Source: Deltaproteobacteria bacterium
Lineage (GTDB): Bacteria > Desulfobacterota > Binatia > JACPRU01
DNA length: 64,000 bases
Direction of reading: 5' to 3'
Assembly: GCA_016189835.1 (NCBI GenBank)
Contig: JACPRU010000033.1
Coordinates: forward strand, 8,253-72,252
Shown here: piece by piece, positions 56,648 to 64,000 of the stretch
Position numbering within the stretch: the first letter of the stretch is position 1
Layout: the number at the start of each line of letters is the position of its first letter
Notes under the pieces: model-generated
The model's input: the letters and a program-made list of their open reading frames with translations, nothing else
Databases searched by the model: none
What the model was told of the DNA's origin: nothing
Made by a program: the position numbers and the translations under genes

Positions 56648-58096
56648 ATGGATCTCGGCCCGCGACAGAGCCTCGAGTACCTCTCGCCGGAGATCGCGCT
56701 CGGCGTCGCCGCGCTCGCGGTCTGGTGGCTCGGGCGTTTCGACCGCCTGGATCGCACCGGGCTCGGCGAGATCGCCATCCTCGGCGCCGCACTGTCGGTG
56801 TTCCTCGCCGCCCGGTTGTCGGGTTGGGGGGAGGTCTGGCTGCTCGAGCGTCTGTTCCTGGTCGACGGCCTCGCCGTGTTCTTCAAGATCCTCGTCGGCC
56901 TGGCCGCCGTCGCCGTGCTGTGGATCTGGCTCGAATCGGCCACGGTCGCCCGCGAAGGCGAGGTCTGCGCGCTCGTGCTGTCGGCGGCCGTGGCGCTCGA
57001 CCTGATGGCCTCGGCGGCGAATCTCGCCAGCGCCTACCTCTGCGTCGAGCTGGCGAGCGCGGCGCTGTGGGGGCTGACCCACCGCGCCGGCCCGGGGGAC
57101 TCGCGCGTTCGCGCCGCGAGAGCCGTGGCCGCCGCGGTATCGCTGCTCATGCTCGGCGCCGCCTGCTGGCTGGCCGGCTTCGCCGGCTCGCCGGACTACG
57201 AGCGCATCCACCGAGCGATCTTCGATCTCGCTCCCCATTCGCCGTTCGCCGTCGCTTGCGCGGCGATGGCGATCGTGATCGCGCTCCCGGCCCGCCTGTG
57301 GATCGCCACCGCGACGCGCGGCGCTCACGTGCGCGCCGCGCTCGCCGCGTTCGCGGCGCTGGCGTTCGCCGCGGGCGGACTGGCGCTGTGCATGCGCCTG
57401 CTCTTCGCCGTGCTGTCCTCGCCGGGGGCCGACGGCGGCTGGATGGGCCCGCCGGGCCTCGACTGGAGACCGCCGCTGACGGCCGCCGCGGTCGTGGCGA
57501 TGACGCTCGGCAATCTCGCCGGCCTGCGCGAGCGCTCGCTGCCGCGTCTGCTCGCCGTCTGCTCGATCGCCCAGGTGGGATACGCGCTGCTCGGCCTGGC
57601 GGCGGCCACCCGGGCCGGCCTGGAAGCGACCCTGCTCTACCTGGCGGCCACGGCGCCGGCGAGCCTCGGCGCGTTCCACGCGTCGGCGCTGATCACCCGC
57701 GCGGCCGGCCGGGAAGAGATCGAATCCTGCCGCGGCCTGCTGCGCGTTGCGGGAAGCTCGGCCGGGCTGGCGCTCGCCGTCTCCCTGCTGTCGCTGTCCG
57801 GGCTGCCGCCGCTCGCGGGCTTCGTCGGCCGCCGCCGTCTGCTCGGCGCGCTGCTGGAACGCGGCTTCGAGGGAGTGGCGGCGATCGCCGCCGTCAACAG
57901 CGTGCTCTCGCTCTGCGTCTACGGCAGAGTCCTGCGATCGCTGTGCGCGCCGGCGCCGGGCGCGCCGGTGCCGCGCTGGCGCCTCTACGACGCATCGTTC
58001 GCCGGCCTGCTCGCCGCGGCGACGGTCGGGCTCGGCGTTCACCCGCGGCCGCTCCTCGAGTTGGCCGCGCGGTCGGTGCAGTGGCTCCCGCGCTGA
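56648..58096 (+). CDS. NuoN/ND2-like (proton-antiporter family) polytopic membrane protein, orphan and apparently degenerate
   Basis: 482 aa with about 13 TM helices. Family-like segments are DGLAVFFKILV, GEVCALVLSAAVALDLMASAANLASAYLCVELAS, GNLAGLRERSLPRLLAVCSIAQVGY and LSGLPPLAGFVGRR. Confidence 0.6.
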   Translation: MDLGPRQSLEYLSPEIALGVAALAVWWLGRFDRLDRTGLGEIAILGAALSVFLAARLSGWGEVWLLERLFLVDGLAVFFKILVGLAAVAVLWIWLESATVAREGEVCALVLSAAVALDLMASAANLASAYLCVELASAALWGLTHRAGPGDSRVRAARAVAAAVSLLMLGAACWLAGFAGSPDYERIHRAIFDLAPHSPFAVACAAMAIVIALPARLWIATATRGAHVRAALAAFAALAFAAGGLALCMRLLFAVLSSPGADGGWMGPPGLDWRPPLTAAAVVAMTLGNLAGLRERSLPRLLAVCSIAQVGYALLGLAAATRAGLEATLLYLAATAPASLGAFHASALITRAAGREEIESCRGLLRVAGSSAGLALAVSLLSLSGLPPLAGFVGRRRLLGALLERGFEGVAAIAAVNSVLSLCVYGRVLRSLCAPAPGAPVPRWRLYDASFAGLLAAATVGLGVHPRPLLELAARSVQWLPR

Positions 58097-58100
58097 CGCC

Positions 58101-58853
58101 TCAACCGGGCAGATACAGCCCGCCGTTCACGTGCAGGGTCTGCCCGGTGATGTAGCTCGCCCCCGTCGAGAGCAGGAAGGCGGCGGTGTGGGCGATCTCC
58201 TCCGGGTGCCCGAGCCGGCCGGCGGGGATTTGGGCGCGGGTGCGCTCGACCTCCTCTTCGGGAAGCACGCCCTGCAGCCGCTCGTGCCAGATCAGCCCCG
58301 GGACGATCGCGTTGACGGTGACGCCGTGGCGAGCGAGGTCGACGGCCGTCGAATGCGTGTAGCCGATGACGCCGGCCTTGGCGGCCGCGTAGGGACCCTG
58401 GCCAGGCCCGGGATGGTAGGCATAGACGGACGAGAGGTTGACGATGCGCCCGAAGCCGCGCTCGACCATCGGGCGACTGAAGGCGCGGGTCATGTAGAAG
58501 GTGCCGTGCAGGCTGACGCGCAACACGACCTCCCAGACGCGCGACGGCATCTCCCACACCGGTGCCGCGCCCTGGACGCCGGCATTGTTGACCAGCCGAT
58601 CCACGTGCTGGCGCGTGTCGCGCAGCTCGTCGGCGAGCGCCGAGACTTCCTGCTCGCGGGTCACGTCGAGGGCGTGGAACGCGATGCGGCTGCGCTCGGC
58701 GGGCGAGAAATCGCCGAGCCAGGGATCCACATCGCCGCCGCGCCGGTCGCAGGCGACGACCGAATGCCCGTCGGCGAGCAGGCGCCGGACGATGGCGGTG
58801 CCGAGGCCGCCGAGTGCCCCGGTGACGAGGGTCGCGGTTCGTTCGTTGGCCAT
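58101..58853 (-). CDS. Short-chain dehydrogenase/reductase (FabG-like)
   Basis: 250 aa. Cofactor motif TGALGGLGTAI, then NNAG and the catalytic YAAAKAG. Confidence 0.85.
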   Translation of the reverse strand: MANERTATLVTGALGGLGTAIVRRLLADGHSVVACDRRGGDVDPWLGDFSPAERSRIAFHALDVTREQEVSALADELRDTRQHVDRLVNNAGVQGAAPVWEMPSRVWEVVLRVSLHGTFYMTRAFSRPMVERGFGRIVNLSSVYAYHPGPGQGPYAAAKAGVIGYTHSTAVDLARHGVTVNAIVPGLIWHERLQGVLPEEEVERTRAQIPAGRLGHPEEIAHTAAFLLSTGASYITGQTLHVNGGLYLPG

Positions 58854-58883
58854 GGCGCGTTGTCGGGCACGGCGTGCGCCGGG

Positions 58884-59597
58884 TCAATCCTCCTTTCGGC
58901 CGACGGTCAGCGTGGCGAGAAACTCGAGGACGCTGCGGCGGTGCTCGCGCGCGCCGACTGCCGTCATGTGGTCCTTGCCCGCCAGGCGCACCAGGCGGGC
59001 ACCGGCAATCGAGCGCGCCAGCGGCTCGACATCGCCCGCCACCAGATCCCGTTCGCCGACCACCAGCAACGTCGGGGCGGCGATCGCGGCGAGGTCGTGA
59101 GGCTCGACGACGCGGATCGGCCGCCGCCAGCAAGCCGCCAGCGCGCAGCGATCCTGCCGGGTCTCCTCGGCGAAATCGCGGTAGAAGCGCGCGGCGGCCG
59201 GAAAGACGCTCGGATCCTCGGCCTCGAGCGCGCGGGCGACCGTCTCGCGGTCGCCGCGCGCGCTGCCGAAGTCGCGAAAGCCGCTGCCGATGCCGCCGAG
59301 CGCGAGCCCGAGGACGCGCGCCGGATGGGTGATCGCCACCTCGAGCGCAATCCGCGCGCCCATCGAGTACCCCATCAGCACCGCGCGCTGCGCCCGGGCG
59401 GCGTCGAGCACCGCCAGAGCGTCGGCGACCAGCCGCTCGGGAGCATAGTCTGCCGGGTGGTAGCGCTTCTCGCTGTGGCCGTGGCCGCGCTGGTCGTAGG
59501 CGAGGGCTCGCCAGCGGGCCCGGGCGATCGCCTCCATCCAGCCGGTGCCGAGCCAGTTGCGCTCGAACGTCGAGGCGAAGCCGTGGATCAACAGCAC
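58884..59597 (-). CDS. Alpha/beta-fold hydrolase (start uncertain)
   Basis: HGF oxyanion motif, nucleophile elbow GYSMGA, and a C-terminal His region (GKDHM). Family-like N-terminal sequence continues upstream of the first canonical start. See findings. Confidence 0.7.
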   Translation of the reverse strand: MLLIHGFASTFERNWLGTGWMEAIARARWRALAYDQRGHGHSEKRYHPADYAPERLVADALAVLDAARAQRAVLMGYSMGARIALEVAITHPARVLGLALGGIGSGFRDFGSARGDRETVARALEAEDPSVFPAAARFYRDFAEETRQDRCALAACWRRPIRVVEPHDLAAIAAPTLLVVGERDLVAGDVEPLARSIAGARLVRLAGKDHMTAVGAREHRRSVLEFLATLTVGRKED

Positions 59598-59815
59598 CGC
59601 CGGCCCCGATCCCAGCTCGGTCCAGTGGATGAGACAGCCGTCTCGGCTGCGGGCGGTGGTGGGTCTCGGTCGAAGCGCGCTGCGTGACGGGATCGTCGTT
59701 CGGAAGCCCCCTGACTACGGTCAGTTACCCTCGATCCGGCGTCCGTGTAAACGGCTGCGCCGGCGCCGTCGTCGAAGCCGATGCAACGAAAATTCACCCC
59801 GGGCAGAAGCCACCG

Positions 59816-59972
59816 ATGACGAACCTCACGAAGCTGACCCTCAGTGTGGCGCTGCTGGCGGCGGCTCTCGCCCGAGGAGCGTCGCGAGTTGCGCGAGCGC
59901 TGGAACCGCATGAGCCCCGAGCAGCGCCGCCTTACCCGCGATCGCCAGGAGCAGGATGACGCCGGGCGCTGA
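59816..59972 (+). pseudogene. Possible frameshifted small secreted protein (signal peptide in one frame, SPEERRELRERWNRMSPEQRR repeat in the +1 frame)
   Basis: The frame from ATG 59816 reads MTNLTKLTLSVALLAAALA and then junk to TGA 59959. The +1 frame from about 59868 reads SPEERRELRERWNRMSPEQRRLTRDRQEQDDAGR and ends at TGA 59970-59972. Confidence 0.3.
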
Positions 59973-60159
59973 GATCCGACGTCGGTAAAATCCTTCAGCT
60001 CGCGGTGGCTGTTGGCGCGAGAAGCGGCTCTCGGGGAAGCGTCCGCCGTCCAAATTGTAACTCTGGGTGACGTGTTTTGCTCGCTTCCCGCGCCGCGGGT
60101 CGCTTCCGACCGAAGAAAATCGAGGGCGCGAAATTTGCTTCTCTCGGGTGGAGGTCGGC

Positions 60160-61554
60160 ATGGTCGAGCCGCATCATCGGCATCCGTTCGAGGACCCCGT
60201 GGCGAGAAGGCGGAACCTTCTCTTGCTGCGCTGGGTCAACATCATCGCCACCAGCAGCCTGCTGCTGTTCTCGCAGCCCACCTGGGATCACCCTGCGGCG
60301 CGCTTCCTGGTGTTGGCGCTGCTCGCCTCCAACGCCTTGCTTCACGCCCTGCCGACCGCATGGCTGTTCGGGGAGCGAACGCTCTCCGGGGTCGTCATCT
60401 TCGACAGCGCGATCACCCTCGGCGTCGTGCTCGGCTTCGGCGAGATCGAGAAGCACATCCTGGTGCTCTACTTCTTCGTCATCCTGCTGGCCGCCGTCGG
60501 TCGTTCCTTCCGGGAGACCATGCTGGCGGCCGCGGCGACCTCGGGCCTGGCGCTCGTCCTGCGCCGCAAGGGGCTGGAGCAGCTGTGGGAGAGCAGCGTG
60601 CTGCTCGGCGCGCCGTTCATCTTCTGCTCGGGCATGTTCTACGCCTATCTGTCGTCTCAGCTGCGCCAGGATCGCGAGAGCGAGCTCGAGCAGGCGCGCG
60701 ACGCGGCGCTCGAGGCCTCGCGCCTGAAGAGCGCCTTCCTCGCCAACATGAGCCACGAGATCCGCACGCCGCTGAACGTGATCCTGGGCTACACGGAGGT
60801 CATTCGGGATCGCCTGGAGGAGGCGGGCGCCGAGGATCGGCTGACGCTGCTCGAGCCGATCACCCGCGCCAGCATGCGCCTCCTGGAAACGATCGACGGG
60901 ATCCTCGACCTCTCGAAGATGGAAATCGGCGCCTTTGTGTTGCGGCCGAGCGCGCTGCCGGTGGCGGGAGTGATCCGTCGCTGCGTCGACGACCTGAAGC
61001 TGCTCGCGGAGAAGAAGGGGCTCTCGCTCGATTGCCGGATCGACGAGCCGCAGGCGGTCATCCGCTTCGACGAGTACTGCCTGTCGCGCTCGCTGCGCAA
61101 CCTGCTCTCGAACGCGATCAAGTTCACGCACCGGGGTGGCGTCACGGTGCGGCTCGCCCGGGGAGCGAGCGGCCGGCTCGAGCTGTCGGTGGCCGACACC
61201 GGCATCGGCATGGCCGCCGAGTACCTGCCGCGGCTGTTCCAGGCGTTCTCGCAGGAGGACGCGGGCCACAGCCGCCGGTTCGAGGGTTCGGGACTGGGGC
61301 TGGCGCTGGTCAAGCGCTACGTGGAGATGAACGGCGCGGCGGTGCGAGCCGAATCGAGCAAGGGACGCGGCTCGACCTTCGTCATCGAGTTCCCGGCCGA
61401 TGGCGAGCTTCTTGCCGAGGACGGCGCGGAGCCGTCCGAGTCGCACCCCGCGTCGCCCGAGGCCGCGGCCGACGCGGCTCTCGCGTGCGGCGAACGACCT
61501 GCCGACGGCGGGTACGAGACCGCTCACGACGCCGGGCTCCCGCCGGGCCGCTGA
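60160..61554 (+). CDS. Membrane-bound sensor histidine kinase
   Basis: 464 aa from the internal ATG. It has about 5 N-terminal TM helices. H-box SHEIRTPLNVI, N-box LLSNAIKFT, G-boxes DTGIGM and GSGLGLAL. There is no adjacent response regulator. Confidence 0.85.
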   Translation: MVEPHHRHPFEDPVARRRNLLLLRWVNIIATSSLLLFSQPTWDHPAARFLVLALLASNALLHALPTAWLFGERTLSGVVIFDSAITLGVVLGFGEIEKHILVLYFFVILLAAVGRSFRETMLAAAATSGLALVLRRKGLEQLWESSVLLGAPFIFCSGMFYAYLSSQLRQDRESELEQARDAALEASRLKSAFLANMSHEIRTPLNVILGYTEVIRDRLEEAGAEDRLTLLEPITRASMRLLETIDGILDLSKMEIGAFVLRPSALPVAGVIRRCVDDLKLLAEKKGLSLDCRIDEPQAVIRFDEYCLSRSLRNLLSNAIKFTHRGGVTVRLARGASGRLELSVADTGIGMAAEYLPRLFQAFSQEDAGHSRRFEGSGLGLALVKRYVEMNGAAVRAESSKGRGSTFVIEFPADGELLAEDGAEPSESHPASPEAAADAALACGERPADGGYETAHDAGLPPGR

Positions 61555-62477
61555 CGGTGCCGCGCGACCTCGGCGGCGAAGTCGGCGGGCGGCGGGCTCT
61601 CGATCGTCAGCGGCGCGCCGCCGATCGGGTGCGGCAGCTCGAGGCGCGAAGCGTGGAGCATCAGACGCGAGGCCGGGGTGGGGCCGGCGGGCGCGCCGTC
61701 GCCGTACTTCGCGTCGCCGAGGACCGGATGGCCGATGGCCGCGAGGTGCACCCGTAGCTGGTGCATGCGGCCGGTCGTCGGCTGTAGCTCGACGAGCGCC
61801 GCGTCGCCGAGCGCCTCGAGGACCCGGTAGCGGCTGAGCGCCTCCTTGCCGAGCGCCGACGGTTCGGCTCGCAGATGTCGCTCGGCGAGCGGCAGGCGGA
61901 TCTCGCCGAGTGCCGGCGACGGAACGCCGGCGACGAGCGCGAGGTAGCGCTTGGCCACGCGACGGCGCGCGAAGCTCCGGTTGACGGCGCGGGCGGCGGC
62001 CTGGGTCTTGGCGAACAGCAGCACGCCGGAGGTTGCGCTGTCGAGACGGTGGAGCGGCCAGAGCGGCACCTTGGCGCCTGCATTGCGCCCTCGCAGCATC
62101 GTCTCGGCGACCTGCAGCGCGGTGCCGAGCGCGCGGGCGAACGTGGGGTGCGAGGGCATGCCGCTCGGCTTGTCGAGCGCGAGCAGCGCCGCGTCCTCGT
62201 GGAGGATCGGCAGGGGTTCGACGGCCTGCGGCCGGGGGAAGCGAAACGACTGGAGGTGATAGACGACCTCCTGTCCGGCCCGCACCGGACGCGACCGGAC
62301 GAGCACACGCCGGGCGTCGACCGATACCGCCCCGGCGGAGATCAGCACGCGAGCGCGGCGGCGCGAGAGCTCGGGGACGCGCTCGGCGAGCACGAGATCG
62401 AGCCGCTTGCCGGAGTGCTCGGCCGGCACCACGAAGCGATGGGTCGCGACCGGGCTCGTTGTCTTTTCTGCATCCAT
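61524..62477 (-). CDS. RluA-family pseudouridine synthase (RluD-like, with an S4 domain)
   Basis: 317 aa from MDAEKTT. S4-like segment GKRLDLVLAE...ISAGAVSVD. Catalytic motif HRLDSATSGVLLFAK, and HQLRVH near the C-terminus. Confidence 0.85.
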   Translation of the reverse strand: MDAEKTTSPVATHRFVVPAEHSGKRLDLVLAERVPELSRRRARVLISAGAVSVDARRVLVRSRPVRAGQEVVYHLQSFRFPRPQAVEPLPILHEDAALLALDKPSGMPSHPTFARALGTALQVAETMLRGRNAGAKVPLWPLHRLDSATSGVLLFAKTQAAARAVNRSFARRRVAKRYLALVAGVPSPALGEIRLPLAERHLRAEPSALGKEALSRYRVLEALGDAALVELQPTTGRMHQLRVHLAAIGHPVLGDAKYGDGAPAGPTPASRLMLHASRLELPHPIGGAPLTIESPPPADFAAEVARHRQRPGGSPAS

Positions 62478-62686
62478 GCGAAACAATCGCCGGCCGCGAG
62501 TATGCCAGAAGGGAAGTTCAGCGTCGTCGCCGCCCTGCTCTCGCCGCGAGCCGGTGGAGCCGGGACGAGCCTCGTTCGCGGGCATTCCGGCCCATCGGCC
62601 GCGTGCCGGGCGGCGTTCGACCGGGCGCCGCTTCTGCTCGGTCCTACGACCGACGTCGCGATGGCGGCTGCGGGGCGGCGCTAGGG

Positions 62687-63403
62687 GTGCCGTCGCCGGT
62701 GCGGGAGCGGGGCGTCCTCTACGTGGTGGCGACGCCGATCGGTAACCTCGAGGACGTGAGCGAGCGGGCGCTGCGCGTGCTGCGCGAGGTCGACCGGGTG
62801 GCGGCCGAGGACACGCGCCGCACCGGCCGGCTGCTCGCGCACTACGGCATCGACAAACCGCTTGTCAGCTACCACGACGCGGTCGAGAGGCGGAAAGCGC
62901 CCGAGCTGGTCGAGCAGCTGCTCGCCGGCGCGAGCCTGGCGCTGGTCTCCGACGCCGGCACCCCGCTCCTCTCCGACCCCGGCTACCGGCTGGTGCGGGG
63001 GGCGCTGGACGCGGGGATCTCCGTGGTGCCGATCCCGGGGGCGAGCGCCGCCACGGCGCTGCTGTCGGTGTGCGGCCTACCCACCGACCGGTTCGTGTTC
63101 GAGGGCTTTCTGCCGCAGCGAGAGGGCCGCCGCCGGCGGCGTCTCGAGGAGCTGCGCGGCGAGCCGCGCACGATCGTGATCTACGAATCTCCGCACCACA
63201 TCGAACGCACGCTCGGCGAGATCGAGGAGGTCGTCGGCGACCGCGAGGTCGTCGTCGGGCGCGAGCTCACCAAGCTCTTCGAGGAGATCCTGCGCGGGCG
63301 GGTCTCCGCGGTGCGCCGGGCGCTCGCCGCGCGGCCGCCGCGCGGCGAGTACACGGTCGTGTTGGCGGGGGGACGTTCTTCTCTTTTGTCTCCTTCGTCT
63401 TGA
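62687..63403 (+). CDS. rsmI: 16S rRNA (cytidine1402-2'-O)-methyltransferase
   Basis: Motifs LYVVATPIGNLEDVS, AEDTRRTG, SDAGTPLLSDPG, IPGASA and ESPHH. The start is GTG 62687 (or 62699). The long upstream part of ORF 62033..63403 overlaps the rluA-family gene and is rejected. Confidence 0.85.
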   Translation: MPSPVRERGVLYVVATPIGNLEDVSERALRVLREVDRVAAEDTRRTGRLLAHYGIDKPLVSYHDAVERRKAPELVEQLLAGASLALVSDAGTPLLSDPGYRLVRGALDAGISVVPIPGASAATALLSVCGLPTDRFVFEGFLPQREGRRRRRLEELRGEPRTIVIYESPHHIERTLGEIEEVVGDREVVVGRELTKLFEEILRGRVSAVRRALAARPPRGEYTVVLAGGRSSLLSPSS

Positions 63404-63437
63404 TGCAAAAGGAGACAAAAGAGAAGAACGTCCCCCC
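63367..63437. repeat. Perfect 29-bp inverted repeat (stem-loop) spanning the rsmI stop codon
   Basis: The arms are ggggggacgttcttctcttttgtctcctt (63367-63395) and aaggagacaaaagagaagaacgtcccccc (63409-63437), with a 13-nt loop that contains the TGA. It is conspicuously AT-richer than its surroundings. Confidence 0.85.
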
Positions 63438-63459
63438 AGCGGAGGAGGCTGCGAGTCGC

Positions 63460-64000
63460 ATGACCGACATGTCCTACGAAACACTGCTCTACGAGACCCG
63501 CGGGCGGATCGCGACGATCACGTTGAACCGTCCCGAGAAGCTGAACGCGATCCGACCGCCGATGCCCGAGGAGCTCGAACGGGCGGTGGCGGCGGCCAAC
63601 GCCGACCGGGCGATCCGGGTCATCGTCCTTCGGGGAGCCGGTGAAGGGTTCTGCGCCGGCTTCGATTTCTCCGGAGGGCTCGAGCACTTCGCCGGCTGGG
63701 GAGGGCAGGCGGCGGCCGAAGCGTGGGACCCGGGGAACGACCTCGTGCTGTCGACCAGCCCATTCGTCGCGCCGGTGCCGAAGTTCATGAGCCTGTGGCG
63801 AAGCCCGAAGCCGGTGATCGCCCAGATCCACGGATGGTGCGTCGGCGGGGCCTCGGACATGGCGCTGTGCGCCGACGTCGTCATCGCCGCCGAGGACGCG
63901 CAGATCGGCACGCCGTACTCGCGGGTGTGGGGCTGCTACCTGACCGGCATGTGGATCTATCGCCTCGGGCTGACGCGCGCCAAGCTCCACGCGCTGACCG
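63460..64000 (+). CDS. Enoyl-CoA hydratase/isomerase (crotonase) family protein, 3'-truncated by the window edge
   Basis: My own translation gives MTDMSYETLLYETRGRIATITLNRPEKLNAI...VIVLRGAGEGFCAGFDF...IAQIHGWCVGGASDMAL. GGAGGAGG lies 12 nt upstream. The frame stays open to the window end. Confidence 0.8.
   Translation, partial: MTDMSYETLLYETRGRIATITLNRPEKLNAIRPPMPEELERAVAAANADRAIRVIVLRGAGEGFCAGFDFSGGLEHFAGWGGQAAAEAWDPGNDLVLSTSPFVAPVPKFMSLWRSPKPVIAQIHGWCVGGASDMALCADVVIAAEDAQIGTPYSRVWGCYLTGMWIYRLGLTRAKLHALT

Overview
This is a GC-rich chromosomal window from a diderm bacterium: lpxA, a TonB-dependent receptor and an L,D-transpeptidase are all present. Because of the high GC content, nearly every real gene is shadowed by long spurious ORFs in other frames. 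I made calls from recognisable protein motifs, start-site context and translational coupling. The main feature is a roughly 17 kb same-strand Tad/Flp-like pilus locus (about 4.17-20.9 kb). It begins with a perfect sigma54 promoter and carries three Flp-type prepilins, three TadE/TadG pseudopilins, CpaB, TadB and TadC. Unusually, it has three paralogous CpaF/TadA ATPases, each fused to an N-terminal FHA domain. These are interleaved with two bitopic FHA membrane proteins and a 4x internally repeated small protein. No secretin, prepilin peptidase or TadZ/CpaE is visible in the window. A convergent NtrC-type sigma54 activator and a HAMP-GAF histidine kinase lie directly downstream. Other content:
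- An eight-gene translationally coupled operon (37.4-44.1 kb): HAD, nucleotidyltransferase, ATP-grasp, aminotransferase, Gfo/Idh/MocA, CDP-alcohol phosphatidyltransferase, yacG and lpxA. It may make an unusual head-group or solute.
- A cobalamin-riboswitch-controlled btuBFCD-cobS-cobU-cobT salvage locus, with an odd tandem 80-nt repeat before cobT.
- Housekeeping genes: pyrE, asd, rlmE, asnS, rsmI and an RluA-family synthase.

I recognised no rRNA, tRNA, CRISPR, transposase or prophage genes.
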